This document shows, one piece after another, positions 18,082 through 28,200 of a stretch of 64,000 bases of DNA. The DNA comes from Escherichia phage UPEC06. Under the pieces are notes generated by a model that ran no database searches, was not told the origin of the DNA, and saw only the letters and a list, made by a program, of their open reading frames with translations. Numbering within the stretch: the stretch's first letter is position 1; the number at the start of each line of letters is the position of its first letter. The translations under genes and the position numbers were made by a program. The stretch lies in the sequence record MW250786; one strand, given 5' to 3'.

Positions 18082-20736
18082 TCAGTGGCACGCCCCCCAG
18101 TTCATCCCTGTGAGGTATTCACCTGTTATGTGTACAGGAGATTTCATCATTCGTGCTGCTTGCTCTACACAACGAACAACCATCTCTCCAACTGGACAAT
18201 ACATGATCGTGTAGATTCCATTCTCATCAGGATCACACTTAAACTTCCCTTCTTTCACACAATGACCATCCAAGATCATTTTCTTAGCCAAGCAAGCTTC
18301 TACAAATTTCTTCGCGTCAGCTTCGTTGTCAAAGGTCCAAGTCTTCTTGAACTTGTGCGGCACTTCAAGCTGGTATTCATCATGATAGTAAATGATACGG
18401 CGAACACCCTCATCATACCAACCTTTCTTGACCAACTGCCAGTGCAGGAGGATACCCACCAAGTCAAACAGTGCAGCACCACCATTCTGCTGATAAGCAT
18501 TAAGCAATGAGTGTTTGGAACGAGTGTAGATCTTACGTCCATCAAGACCGTAGATGAATCGCTTACCGTTAGCTTCCCAAAACTTCTCTAATGCTTCTTT
18601 ACGACCTTTCAAGCCGATGTTGCTATCCCAGAATGCGTCGATTACTGCCTGGGCTTTCTCAAGAGTGATTCCCAGCATTGATGCAATCTTCGCCGCCTGC
18701 GCCCCGTACATGATTCCGTATGTCACGCCTTTACCTTCACCACGAGAAACCTTCTTCCCTGCCGCTTTGGTATACGCTTCTGCGTTTCGGGAGTGAGCAT
18801 CTCCAGATTCCATGATACGAAGATAAGCGCCACCATCGAAATCATACGCGCCCCATGCCGCGATCATACCTTCCAAGTTTGAACCGTCGATACCTACCTG
18901 ATATTTACCCTCGGAGGCTCTAAACAGTTCACGCATCTCTTTACCGAGAAGAACTTTCTCATCCGGCTTAGGTACGTTTGCTACGATCGTATGCTTACGA
19001 CGACCTGTGTTAGTTATTCCACTATAACGGGCCGGAAGTTTACCGTCAACCCGTAGACGTGGATGGTTAAGCCATCCGGTATCAACCTTCTCTTCTTTCA
19101 GTGGGTCAAGAACAGATCGTCGGTTACGTAAAGACAGCCATTTAACAATCTGTTTAGCCATTTCACCATCTACTCGCTCAAGGTTAGGGCAAAGACCCTG
19201 CTGATCCTTAAGTTGTGGAGATGTTGGTAATGCACGGGCTTTCTTACGGAAGAACTTGAACATCTTTTCTTTATCGGACCACTGTTTAGGGGTGATCGAT
19301 AAGCTTTTCAGAATCAGATCACGATACTCCGTCTGATCCAAATCTTCAATATATTGACGAACAATCAGGTCAACCTCACTATCTGGACGTTGTTTCTTGA
19401 ACTGATCTTTAGTTGCATCCTTTGTACGCCAAATTGTTGGAATCCACCCTGCATCACGGATCAGGAACTTCTTAACGTCGTCCTGGTTACCAATACGCAT
19501 CGGGATCATAATGTCCGGCATCTTTTGTTCTTTGATATCCATCAAAGCACGAGCCATATCTTCCGGCGGCAAAGGAACAAGCCCTTGCTGCTTAACGTTT
19601 TGTGCACGGATAAAATCACCCATTTTGGATTCATCTTCTACACCGTGTTCAACACAATACTTGATCGCGGCGGCAGTAAGAGATCCGTCAGCCTTAAACG
19701 GCTTACTTGGTGCACCTTTAAACTCTAATGCTTCCCAATTGATATTATAACCTAACTTCTCTAACCATTTCCAACCTGTACCGGAAAGAGATCCATCACC
19801 CTTGAAAGGCTTAGATGGGAATGTCGGTTGTGCTGATTTCGACATTTCTTTCTTCGGTAACTTAGGTTCAACCTCTAACTCAATGTCTGTCATCATCTTA
19901 TCGATACGATCACGGAGCTTGAGTGCTTTTTCTTCATCAAATGAAACACCCTGAATCTCTTGCTCAATCATCAGGTAGTCGGTCAGCATACCTCGACGCA
20001 AGGCATTCTTCCAGTTGATCATTTTAAACTTCTTCTGATCTTTGTCTGTTTCATCCTTAAACATGAAGCGTTTATCATCGGGCATGGATTCACAAGAGAT
20101 CTCTTTCATCAGAGCATCCCACACCATTTCGTTGATAATTACGTCTTCAATAATACGATCGCAATATTTCCAAAGTGGAAGGCCACGCCAATCTTCAATC
20201 GCCACTTTCTGGTTGGCTACTCGCATACCCCAAGCTTCAAGCCCGTGAGGGCCTACAGGCTTCATTTTACCTGTGACTGGGTTCTTTACCATCTCGGGAC
20301 AACCACGAGGCAGAGGGCGATCTGGATACAATGTACGAGACATTGACAGTGTATCAAAGATGGTCACTTGTTTACCATTAATCGTACCCATGCAACCAGG
20401 GTCTGCAAACATATCGTAAGTTGTTCCAAGCATCTTCTTAAACAACTGGAGGTCGTAGCCGAAGATGTTGTGGATAGCAATTGCCTTAGGCTCTGTGACA
20501 AACCATTCGTTTAATTCTTCAATAGTGCGAATCTTAAAGTTTTTACCTTTAGATTGGATAAATTTAACAGCTTGATCGTAACCTTCCCGTTGGGGATCAA
20601 GAAAGATGTTCCAGTTATCTTTTTTATACTCTTTAAACAGGACGCAGTGAATGAGATCAACCTCTGTCAACAGGCCGTTAGCTTCCGCATCTCCAATAAA
20701 TAAGCCTTTCATTTTTTCTCCTTCTTTAAACTCCAA
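18082..20736 (-). CDS. DNA polymerase, family A, with 3'-5' exonuclease domain
   Basis: Exo I-like FIGDAEANG; motif A-like VGIDGSNLEGMIAAW; motif B-like RGEGKGVTYGIMYGAQ; motif C-like YYHDEYQLEV. Confidence 0.85.
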   Translation of the reverse strand: MEFKEGEKMKGLFIGDAEANGLLTEVDLIHCVLFKEYKKDNWNIFLDPQREGYDQAVKFIQSKGKNFKIRTIEELNEWFVTEPKAIAIHNIFGYDLQLFKKMLGTTYDMFADPGCMGTINGKQVTIFDTLSMSRTLYPDRPLPRGCPEMVKNPVTGKMKPVGPHGLEAWGMRVANQKVAIEDWRGLPLWKYCDRIIEDVIINEMVWDALMKEISCESMPDDKRFMFKDETDKDQKKFKMINWKNALRRGMLTDYLMIEQEIQGVSFDEEKALKLRDRIDKMMTDIELEVEPKLPKKEMSKSAQPTFPSKPFKGDGSLSGTGWKWLEKLGYNINWEALEFKGAPSKPFKADGSLTAAAIKYCVEHGVEDESKMGDFIRAQNVKQQGLVPLPPEDMARALMDIKEQKMPDIMIPMRIGNQDDVKKFLIRDAGWIPTIWRTKDATKDQFKKQRPDSEVDLIVRQYIEDLDQTEYRDLILKSLSITPKQWSDKEKMFKFFRKKARALPTSPQLKDQQGLCPNLERVDGEMAKQIVKWLSLRNRRSVLDPLKEEKVDTGWLNHPRLRVDGKLPARYSGITNTGRRKHTIVANVPKPDEKVLLGKEMRELFRASEGKYQVGIDGSNLEGMIAAWGAYDFDGGAYLRIMESGDAHSRNAEAYTKAAGKKVSRGEGKGVTYGIMYGAQAAKIASMLGITLEKAQAVIDAFWDSNIGLKGRKEALEKFWEANGKRFIYGLDGRKIYTRSKHSLLNAYQQNGGAALFDLVGILLHWQLVKKGWYDEGVRRIIYYHDEYQLEVPHKFKKTWTFDNEADAKKFVEACLAKKMILDGHCVKEGKFKCDPDENGIYTIMYCPVGEMVVRCVEQAARMMKSPVHITGEYLTGMNWGACH

Positions 20737-20877
20737 CTAGACTAAAACAAAGCCCAGCCGGAGGTATTACCCTTCGGCTAGGTTATCAAAAGTGCAGGTA
20801 TCCTTCATCAATAAAGTAAAGCATAACTAAAATAGCGAATACCCCACCTAAGAAGATTAAACCCAGTAAAGTAGGCA

Positions 20878-21123
20878 TCAGTCTTCTATTACCTCAAATT
20901 CACTACTAAAAGCTACAATAGTCTCACCGTAGCCCATGTTCAATCGGGCAGTTGTAGGTTTGCCATTCCTAGATAGATAGTACACCCTCGCTTCGTAAAT
21001 GTCACCAACTTTTACACCGTAATCCTGTAGGTCTTTGTTATTGATATCTTTATTTTCAGCATTGATTATTCGAACACTGCTGATCTCTGAGTATACAGAA
21101 TTATCTTTCATAGGTATTACCAA
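20878..21123 (-). CDS. hypothetical protein
   Basis: 81-aa ORF. Confidence 0.4.
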   Translation of the reverse strand: MVIPMKDNSVYSEISSVRIINAENKDINNKDLQDYGVKVGDIYEARVYYLSRNGKPTTARLNMGYGETIVAFSSEFEVIED

Positions 21124-21605
21124 TCCTCTTCTGTTTGTTCATACTCGGAAGGGGTGATGAAGTAATTCTGACCCCGCTTGCACTGGTTGAAAGTCCCAAT
21201 ATACCAAGTGCCGATATCCATATTGATGAAAGTTTCTTCGTGAACAAGGATGAAATCAGCAAGATTATTGTCTGACCGTTGAGTTGCTAATAAAATATGC
21301 TCAAAATCTGCTAATGTCATGTTGTAACAGAAACCATCTTCGTCCTCCATAACCGCAACAACAGAACTACGCCCTTGAGTGAATTGACGAAACTGTAAAC
21401 GTAAATGACGATGTTCATGTTCATTCGTCTTCACCTTTTTCCGATTTTCGAAATATTCTTCGGAATAATTTGGATGCCTTAATTTCAGCTTTTCGATCTC
21501 TTCGGTAGAAAGAGCATCCTTATCCCAACCAGTAAACCATTTACCGTTATCATTAAATACCGCAGGGTATTTACGCTTACTCAAATCTTTAAACATTTGA
21601 ATCAT
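21117..21605 (-). CDS. hypothetical protein
   Basis: 162-aa ORF, overlapping neighbours. Confidence 0.5.
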   Translation of the reverse strand: MIQMFKDLSKRKYPAVFNDNGKWFTGWDKDALSTEEIEKLKLRHPNYSEEYFENRKKVKTNEHEHRHLRLQFRQFTQGRSSVVAVMEDEDGFCYNMTLADFEHILLATQRSDNNLADFILVHEETFINMDIGTWYIGTFNQCKRGQNYFITPSEYEQTEEDW

Positions 21606-21975
21606 CTCCTTCAGCTAGGCTACGAATATACTTGAAAATTTCTTCATGATCATTACCAAATGCAACATATCCATTTTCAGCATCAAGTCCATAATTATGC
21701 TCTATTTTCTCTAAAAAGCAATTTCCGTAAGTAATTTTTTCAACCAGGGGATCGGATTCTGAAAAACCCAACCCAAAAGCTTTCCAGTGCTCACGTTTAA
21801 GCTCCACGTATTCCCACGGTTTATCTCCATCGTGGAATAACACAAGGGTGTCTTGATCTTTCTTTTCTACATTGACATGACCATAAAATCCACTGGGCGA
21901 TTTGTTAAATTTCATAATCTTCTCCGTAAATATCTTTAATTTTTGAACTGAGGTATCCAGGATCGCTACCATCAT
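21589..21975 (-). CDS. hypothetical protein
   Basis: 128-aa ORF. Confidence 0.45.
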   Translation of the reverse strand: MMVAILDTSVQKLKIFTEKIMKFNKSPSGFYGHVNVEKKDQDTLVLFHDGDKPWEYVELKREHWKAFGLGFSESDPLVEKITYGNCFLEKIEHNYGLDAENGYVAFGNDHEEIFKYIRSLAEGDDSNV

Positions 21976-22237
21976 ACCACACTTCTACGAAAACCTTTTG
22001 GGAATCCTTCACGATCTTTGCCCCTGCTCTTTCAACCTCCTTGAAGAAAGATTGCAAGATGTGATCATCTAACAGGTTTACCCCATAAGCATCGTGGAGG
22101 GATTTTTCATCGTGAACATACACAACCATCTTACCATCATACGTAACTTGAATGTAATGGTCATCTTCCCAAGTAATAGCCGGAGAATCCGGCTCAAGCT
22201 TTGCAATAACACCAATAGTCAATCGGTTGTCACTCAC
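21905..22237 (-). CDS. hypothetical protein
   Basis: 110-aa ORF; overlaps neighbour by ~70 nt, start may be internal. Confidence 0.4.
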   Translation of the reverse strand: MSDNRLTIGVIAKLEPDSPAITWEDDHYIQVTYDGKMVVYVHDEKSLHDAYGVNLLDDHILQSFFKEVERAGAKIVKDSQKVFVEVWYDGSDPGYLSSKIKDIYGEDYEI

Positions 22238-23451
22238 TCTTTACCCCCTGCGATGCGTAACATTTGGATAGTTTTCTCCAGTTCTTTACGAGGTTTGGCA
22301 ACTAAACGACGTTCGTGTCGCTTCAGGAAGCCTTCTAAGAACTCTAACGGTTTAAAGGATAACACTTCCTGTACTGATTCGTCAACAGCATACTCTTTCT
22401 GGACCATACGATAAACCGGATTTTTTACAGTTACAGGAGTATAACCCTTACTGATCGCCATTTGGGTAACAACACGCTTCTTGCCATCGGTCCATGAGTC
22501 ATCGATCGGGAAAGAATCTTTGCCGTATTTTTCAGAGAATAACTTAACTGCTGTTTTTGTCAAGTCATCCTGATCCTCTTGTGACCGACTTTGACCCCAA
22601 TAATAGCCACCAGAGGTCTTAGCACGACGTTCTGAGAACAAAGCAAGGTCATCGTACTGCTCAAGAGCCAAACGCGCCAGAAGCTCGATATCGTCGCTTT
22701 CTGACAGTAGTCGGTTTGCTTCGTACTTAACCTCAAAAGTATTTGCACTATCACGATCACGGTCGAGAGTAAAAGCTTCCGGCTTAAAGTCATAATCGAA
22801 TTTAAAATTGCCTGGAACACGAGTAACGAACAGTCCATTTACAAACAGGTTGCAGTCACCACCTGTGATAGATCCATCCTCTTCTTCATTTTGGTATTCG
22901 TCCGCAGCATTATACAGTTTAGTATAAGCTTTGCCGCGATCATTCTGAATAACGACTGTACGTTCAGTGGTTGGCGCATAGTTATTCATAATTTCAGACA
23001 TAGCACAATGAGGGATGTTTTCAATGATCACAGTTACAGTATTTGAATCACGGCCTGACAAAGCCTTTTCATGGATATCTACCGCCAAAATATTCTGTTC
23101 GTATACTGTATCATAAACCATATTTGGAATCCAAAGATCATTACCATTTTCGATAACAATGTCTGCACCTTCACGAACAAGCACCAGAAGACCTACTTTC
23201 AGACCTTCACCAAACTTACCGATCTTGCTGTCATCATCACGTTTGGTTGAAACACCCATCAAAAGGCCGGAAACGGGAACAACACCGCCACGAGAGATGA
23301 TTGTGATCTTACCTTGATTACTATCATCTTTACTAAAATAAATATTGAAATCTTCTGTATCGATAGCATTTTGCATTAGTTCACGAGCACCTTGCCACCA
23401 TGACCAGTGACTGACGTAATTTTCAGTGATGCTCAATTTAATCTGTTTCAT
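22234..23451 (-). CDS. putative GHKL-type (Bergerat-fold) ATPase domain protein
   Basis: N-box-like RELMQNAIDT (ExxxNxxD) near N-terminus and Gly-rich IGKFGEGLKVG; motif-level only. Confidence 0.4.
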   Translation of the reverse strand: MKQIKLSITENYVSHWSWWQGARELMQNAIDTEDFNIYFSKDDSNQGKITIISRGGVVPVSGLLMGVSTKRDDDSKIGKFGEGLKVGLLVLVREGADIVIENGNDLWIPNMVYDTVYEQNILAVDIHEKALSGRDSNTVTVIIENIPHCAMSEIMNNYAPTTERTVVIQNDRGKAYTKLYNAADEYQNEEEDGSITGGDCNLFVNGLFVTRVPGNFKFDYDFKPEAFTLDRDRDSANTFEVKYEANRLLSESDDIELLARLALEQYDDLALFSERRAKTSGGYYWGQSRSQEDQDDLTKTAVKLFSEKYGKDSFPIDDSWTDGKKRVVTQMAISKGYTPVTVKNPVYRMVQKEYAVDESVQEVLSFKPLEFLEGFLKRHERRLVAKPRKELEKTIQMLRIAGGKE

Positions 23452-23463
23452 TTATTTGCCCTC

Positions 23464-24180
23464 TTATTTGTTGTATTGATAAATTGCTTCAGCCAAGCCC
23501 CGTGGGGTTAATGACCGGATCATCTTAGTTCTTGCTGACTTACCCCCCAACTTATTCTGCTGATCTGACCAACCAGGTGCAACAGGAACCGGAGAGGTTT
23601 TTGGAATTATAAACCCATTCCCTGTCCAAAGTCCAGTCTTTTTAGGATAAGCATCCCGTGGTTTAATGTACTGAGGAAAATAAGGGTTAACATCATTTAC
23701 CGGAAGATAACCACCATATTCCCAAGGGTTGAAATATACCGTAGGCTTTCGCCATTGTCCAGCTAAAACACTAACGGGGTTCTCGATCATGTAAGGACAA
23801 TCAAAAACAAATTCCGCAAGCCAAGCTGCAATCTTTGCAGTTCTTACCGCCTTGATCTGGAAGAAAGGATCTTTTGCTTTCTTTGATGCAAAGTGACGCG
23901 AACCACTGACAGCCATATCAGTACATGGAGGGTAGGCAAGGATCAGGTCCGGTGATGGCAATCCTAAGTTCTCTACATTTTCCATCCATTCAATATCGAT
24001 AAAAGCGTTAACGTAAGTGATGTTGGGATGAATTTCCTTTACACCTTCATAATCCCCGTGATCAGCATCGTCATAGTTGAAGCAGTAGCATTTGTGCCCT
24101 GCCTTCGCCCAGGGAAGAACATCAATCCCTGAACCAGAAAAGAGACTCCAGATAATCTTTTTATTCATCGTAGCATCCAA
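23464..24180 (-). CDS. short DNA cytosine-C5 methyltransferase-like protein (no obvious TRD)
   Basis: Motif I-like LFSGSGI (FxGxG), motif IV-like PPCT (PCQ variant), motif VI-like ENP; only 238 aa. Confidence 0.45.
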   Translation of the reverse strand: MDATMNKKIIWSLFSGSGIDVLPWAKAGHKCYCFNYDDADHGDYEGVKEIHPNITYVNAFIDIEWMENVENLGLPSPDLILAYPPCTDMAVSGSRHFASKKAKDPFFQIKAVRTAKIAAWLAEFVFDCPYMIENPVSVLAGQWRKPTVYFNPWEYGGYLPVNDVNPYFPQYIKPRDAYPKKTGLWTGNGFIIPKTSPVPVAPGWSDQQNKLGGKSARTKMIRSLTPRGLAEAIYQYNK

Positions 24181-24473
24181 ATAGTGGTTAATTTACAAAT
24201 ACACCAGAAAAGTCCGATCAGTGTAGCTAAAGTAATAACACAAGTCAATGCTATAGGTAAGAATATCGTCATAATCACTGCAAAGACTGAAATACCTATG
24301 CTTGCAATAAGATCCGGCACGAAATAGTGAAATGGATCTCTTGCCTTTTTAATGTTGTCCCATGTTATTACTACGGAGCTAAGGACGAGCCAGAATAAAA
24401 AGTACAAAATGCAAGGAAATAAAGTCATGTGTGACTTAACCATATCAAACCACATGTTGTAGAATTCAATCAT
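24165..24473 (-). CDS. small membrane protein
   Basis: 102 aa, 3 hydrophobic helices. Confidence 0.45.
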   Translation of the reverse strand: MIEFYNMWFDMVKSHMTLFPCILYFLFWLVLSSVVITWDNIKKARDPFHYFVPDLIASIGISVFAVIMTIFLPIALTCVITLATLIGLFWCICKLTTIWMLR

Positions 24474-24793
24474 TCAGTTTTCCTCGGTACAGATGCAATA
24501 ACAGCCTTTTCGACGAGATATACAATAAATCTCCCAATCCCTGCCAAAAGGAGAGCAAAGACTGTAAAAGGCAACCCATAAATAAGAACCAAAATCATCA
24601 ATCCAAAACAAGCGGAAAACAGGACTTCTGTGCCCAGCCACATCTTGGAGTAATTGATATAATTATGCCGCAATTTTAAAAACAGTCCAGCAATAGAACC
24701 TACAGAAAATATACCAATCAACCAAGGTGCGGTTACAAATTGACGGCTAAACGCCTCCCAAAAAACAAAAACATTAATGATTGCTTCGATCAT
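24470..24793 (-). CDS. small membrane protein
   Basis: 107 aa, 3 hydrophobic helices. Confidence 0.45.
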   Translation of the reverse strand: MIEAIINVFVFWEAFSRQFVTAPWLIGIFSVGSIAGLFLKLRHNYINYSKMWLGTEVLFSACFGLMILVLIYGLPFTVFALLLAGIGRFIVYLVEKAVIASVPRKTE

Positions 24794-25044
24794 AAACCAT
24801 ACCTCACTTCATATAAGAATTCATCAAGATCTTTACTGTCGTCTGAACCTTCTACTGTCAGTGGCATCAGATGTTCTTTAAGATAATAGCAAAGATTGCC
24901 GGAACTTGTTTCTACTAAACATGTTGTTTTGCAAACCATTTTAACCCTTACCGATAGTCCGGCATCTTCATGGCTGTGGACCATTGCAAGGCAACCATCG
25001 TAAAGCTTATCCTCATAAGGTAAGCAAGGATCTGGATTTTTCAT
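24790..25044 (-). CDS. hypothetical protein
   Basis: 84-aa ORF. Confidence 0.4.
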   Translation of the reverse strand: MKNPDPCLPYEDKLYDGCLAMVHSHEDAGLSVRVKMVCKTTCLVETSSGNLCYYLKEHLMPLTVEGSDDSKDLDEFLYEVRYGL

Positions 25045-25445
25045 TGGGAACCTTCCTCCTCTGCATATGCAATCTTAGTCATGTATTCAATACATTCACA
25101 CTGGACATTGTGGCTATTAAAAACAGCCTTGTCGTTGTAAATAACTTGCCAATAGTCAATGCTTTCAATTTCGGAAAGGTATGCAACACACTCCCCTTTT
25201 GGATTAATAAGTTCAACTCGATCAGTTTCTCGTAATTTCCAACCAGTAGGCAACTGAACAGCTTGTTCCTTAAAAATCATAATATCGTCACGGTGACCAG
25301 TAAATCTTTTAAATGCTCGCAGTAATTCTTTGTATTCACGATACTTCACATAGAGGCCATCCTCTGATTTTTCCATACGGGCTTCATTGATATTGCAATT
25401 ACCATCCATATCCCCAACAAGGTCATAACGATATACAGGTTTCAT
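25041..25445 (-). CDS. hypothetical protein
   Basis: 134-aa ORF. Confidence 0.45.
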   Translation of the reverse strand: MKPVYRYDLVGDMDGNCNINEARMEKSEDGLYVKYREYKELLRAFKRFTGHRDDIMIFKEQAVQLPTGWKLRETDRVELINPKGECVAYLSEIESIDYWQVIYNDKAVFNSHNVQCECIEYMTKIAYAEEEGSQ

Positions 25446-25654
25446 TTTTTAACTTTCTCCTTTTTCTCAGGTTTTACATCGCAAACTTTTTGTTGGTAAC
25501 TGATCGGTGTTACATAGCGCCACGTCTTTTTAAGGTTCTCAACGAGGATTCTCATTTGTTCCTCATCAGCACCCCAGCCTGCGGTATGTGCTATTTCATC
25601 AACACTCATTTGGCATTTAACATACCATCTTGTAACTGTCTTCGATTGTATCAT
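25442..25654 (-). CDS. hypothetical protein
   Basis: 70-aa ORF. Confidence 0.4.
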   Translation of the reverse strand: MIQSKTVTRWYVKCQMSVDEIAHTAGWGADEEQMRILVENLKKTWRYVTPISYQQKVCDVKPEKKEKVKK

Positions 25655-25680
25655 TAGTGTTTCCTTGAGGTCAAGAAATT

Positions 25681-25977
25681 TTATTCAATACCGAGTTCTT
25701 TTGCACTGTAAATATCGTTACCTTCATAACCTTTGTAGTAGATCAGAATATCTTTGACAATCTCTCCTGTCGGTCCGCTCCGGCGGGTACGTGGTCGTGG
25801 TGAGTTTACCAAATAAACTTCACGACGAGTATTTATTTTTGTTGTACGGTGACCTTCGACGAAGGTCAATGTTGTATATGCAGGAACCTTGACAAGAACC
25901 TCTACCTGGTCACCAGCCGTATTCTGTTGTTCATTTGCCATATCGTCTTTAACAACAGTAATCATAAGTTTGGTCAT
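25681..25977 (-). CDS. hypothetical protein
   Basis: 98-aa ORF. Confidence 0.4.
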   Translation of the reverse strand: MTKLMITVVKDDMANEQQNTAGDQVEVLVKVPAYTTLTFVEGHRTTKINTRREVYLVNSPRPRTRRSGPTGEIVKDILIYYKGYEGNDIYSAKELGIE

Positions 25978-25979
25978 TT

Positions 25980-26243
25980 TTATTCTCCCTTGTTCAATGT
26001 GGATACAAATTCGATATATGTTTCTGCATTTCGCTTATGGTAAATCCGAGGATAGCTGTCGGTTACTTTGCTGTATTTGATGTATCGCTCAAGCATACCG
26101 ACAATGCCACCAATGGAATGCACAACAACGCCTTCTTCACCAACAAAGGTAACAACCTCTACGAATGGACTATTGTCATAAGAGCGATTTACAATCAGGT
26201 CGCCGACTTCAAATTCGATTTTATCATTTTGTGAGTAGTGCAT
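25980..26243 (-). CDS. hypothetical protein
   Basis: Track ORF 25980-26663 trimmed to ATG 26243 (MHYSQND) with GGAGA RBS; longer form overlaps helicase and a terminator. Confidence 0.45.
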   Translation of the reverse strand: MHYSQNDKIEFEVGDLIVNRSYDNSPFVEVVTFVGEEGVVVHSIGGIVGMLERYIKYSKVTDSYPRIYHKRNAETYIEFVSTLNKGE

Positions 26244-26304
26244 TTGTTTCTCCTTTCTGTTTGGTATGGGAGAAGTATAGGGGAGTTTAGGAGGGGTGTC
26301 AATA

Positions 26305-26334
26305 GAAAAACCGCCCGAAGGCGGTTTATTTTTA
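26305..26334 (-). terminator. Rho-independent terminator after helicase exon
   Basis: AAACCGCC-cgaa-GGCGGTTT hairpin with T-runs on both strands. Confidence 0.65.
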
Positions 26335-26337
26335 GGA

Positions 26338-27444
26338 TCAGAAAGGCGCGTCATCGTCCCAATCATCCGGCTCTGTGTCCGGCACATCAGGAATATCACC
26401 TGCGGATTCAACGATACTTTGTTGCTCCCATGTAGGTTCTTCTGAAGGTTGTTCCATTTCTTCCATAACCTTCTTGATCTCTTCCTCTTGCTCACGCAGG
26501 AAGTTATCATCCGGCTCAGGAATATCTTCCTCTTTAATATCTGAACGAGTGAGATCACTGTTTTGTTCAGACAGAGGTTGAATCTCTGCTGCCTTAGGCT
26601 TGAAGTCTGGAGAACGATGATCATCTTCTGGATGAGCGGCATACCACTCACGAAGAGTTTCATAAGGACTCTCTAAGAAGCCCTCTGGCGGTTCCAGATA
26701 ATCACCCGTGTCAATGTCATAGAACACAGGGAATTTACCAGCACGACCGTGTTTACGGTCATCCAGAATAACAAAGTAAGAAGTGTTACGTTGTTTCATC
26801 GGGAGTTCTGGATCTTTGTTACGTTCAATACCCCACATATAATAAGTGTTTCGCATCATTGCACGACTGCCAGCAAACTGCGCTGACTGGACTTGACCAC
26901 CAAATTCATGAGGCTTGCCAGATTCAGGCTTATTAAGGTGACAGAAGCAATAATAAGTAAAGCCAAGTTCTTTTGCCAGCTTAGAGATCTCATCCGAGAA
27001 TCGTTCCAGTTCCTGGTTAGCTTCGGAAGCACTCATACCTTGCACAAGACGAGTGATCGGGTCAATAAAGATATCTTCACAACCTTCTACAATCACTGCG
27101 TGACGGATAGCACCTTTCAGTTCATCCCATACTGCACGACCATAGTTGTTATAATAGATGACACTATCACCAACCTCATCTGTAGCTTTGATCAGTTCTT
27201 CTTGCTTAAAGTAGCCACGTTGCCCTTCAAATACTTCATTACCCCAAATGTCACGGAAAGTTCCATCTTCTTGAGGAATCATTACCTTTTCTGCGTTAAC
27301 AAAGTCTTTATGATAACGCTTACCTGCGATCTTTTTACAGGTAATTTCGTTCTCTTCTTCAAACTTAAACACCGCAGCTTTTGACTTCTCAATACCCGTG
27401 ATGTGTTCAACCATTTGGTTAAGAAGTTCAGACTTGCCCATTTT
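26338..27444 (-). CDS. primase-helicase, exon 2 (T7 gp4-like DnaB-family helicase domain, acidic C-terminal tail)
   Basis: Begins at Walker A (K)MGKSELLNQ; CFCHLNKPESGKPHEFGG...ALMRNTYYMWGIERNK resembles T7 gp4 helicase motifs; ends DDWDDDAPF; no own ATG/RBS, track start is TTG two codons after a stop. Confidence 0.6.
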   Translation of the reverse strand, partial: KMGKSELLNQMVEHITGIEKSKAAVFKFEEENEITCKKIAGKRYHKDFVNAEKVMIPQEDGTFRDIWGNEVFEGQRGYFKQEELIKATDEVGDSVIYYNNYGRAVWDELKGAIRHAVIVEGCEDIFIDPITRLVQGMSASEANQELERFSDEISKLAKELGFTYYCFCHLNKPESGKPHEFGGQVQSAQFAGSRAMMRNTYYMWGIERNKDPELPMKQRNTSYFVILDDRKHGRAGKFPVFYDIDTGDYLEPPEGFLESPYETLREWYAAHPEDDHRSPDFKPKAAEIQPLSEQNSDLTRSDIKEEDIPEPDDNFLREQEEEIKKVMEEMEQPSEEPTWEQQSIVESAGDIPDVPDTEPDDWDDDAPF

Positions 27445-28200
27445 CACCGTTATGTTCAGCAAGGTTCGCTACTCCTTGCCCGTTCTCTAAGAACTGCTAC
27501 ATGTCCCCATGCAGACCAGACTATATCTTCAACCCGTAAAACAGGTGCTATGCACTTCGAGCCGCTTGGCCCTACTCTACTCGGTTCAAGAGCTTTGCTC
27601 TTGCCTTTCGATAGTCGTTGCTCCTTCCTCTCAACCGCTTTGTAATCTCTCGAACTGTATCGCGATGAATACCAAAATATTGTGCAATTTCTTTCTGAAG
27701 CATGGTTGTTTTAATGACCATATCATAAACTTCTTTTTCGAAATCATCATCGAATCGGTTTGGGTTTCTTCTTCCCGCTTTCCAACCGTGATCAACATTT
27801 TGCTTTGTAGTCATCCATTCTAGATTACTATCTGCGTTATTTTTCCTGTCTCTATCTTTATGATTAACGACAGGTAGATTATAAGGATTTTCTACATAAT
27901 GTTCAGCCACAAGTTGATGTATAAATCTCCTAGTGACCTTACCATTCTTACTTAATGAAACTCTTAGATACCCTGCACTATTCGTGTCTGGCTTTAGTTT
28001 CTTAAGTTTTCGGTACACATCTCCGCGTCTGGTAATTATGTATTGTTCAAAACCCTTTATTCTTTTCATTTCAACCTCCCTTTTAATGATAACAAAGAGG
28101 TTGAGAGGCTTGGATCAGGATTATCTGTTCTAGACTTCCCCTGAATTCACATAGTATTTAGTCGAGGCATTACTGCCAAGGCTGGCTAGACTTAATGTTT
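27445..28200 (-). mobile_element. putative group I intron (~756 nt) carrying an HNH homing endonuclease ORF
   Basis: Upstream exon ends in U; intron nt 15-20 GCCAGC can pair with exon GCUGGU (P1 with U.G); intron ends in G; phase-0 join restores Walker A; internal HNH ORF. Confidence 0.55.
27572..28069 (-). CDS. HNH homing endonuclease
   Basis: HNH motif VVNHKDRDRKNNADSNLEWMTTKQN, basic helical C-terminus, strong GGGAGG RBS; lies inside putative intron. Confidence 0.7.
   Translation of the reverse strand: MKRIKGFEQYIITRRGDVYRKLKKLKPDTNSAGYLRVSLSKNGKVTRRFIHQLVAEHYVENPYNLPVVNHKDRDRKNNADSNLEWMTTKQNVDHGWKAGRRNPNRFDDDFEKEVYDMVIKTTMLQKEIAQYFGIHRDTVREITKRLRGRSNDYRKARAKLLNRVE

Noticed and set aside
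18082-20736. Intein or intron inside the DNA polymerase gene
   Set aside because: The ORF is continuous, and the Exo and Pol A, B and C motif spacing looks uninterrupted; no Cys/Ser...HN intein boundaries were seen.
25980-26663. Full 227-aa form of track ORF 25980-26663
   Set aside because: The N-terminal 140 residues overlap the helicase exon and a terminator in another frame and are basic low-complexity; the in-frame ATG at 26243 has an RBS, so only the 87-aa form was kept.
28192-28200. Primase and helicase as two independent genes, with the HNH gene merely intergenic
   Set aside because: Not fully excluded, but disfavoured: the helicase ORF has no ATG or RBS, begins inside the Walker A motif, and the primase C-terminus carries the pre-P-loop segment, so the two ORFs only make a complete protein when joined.
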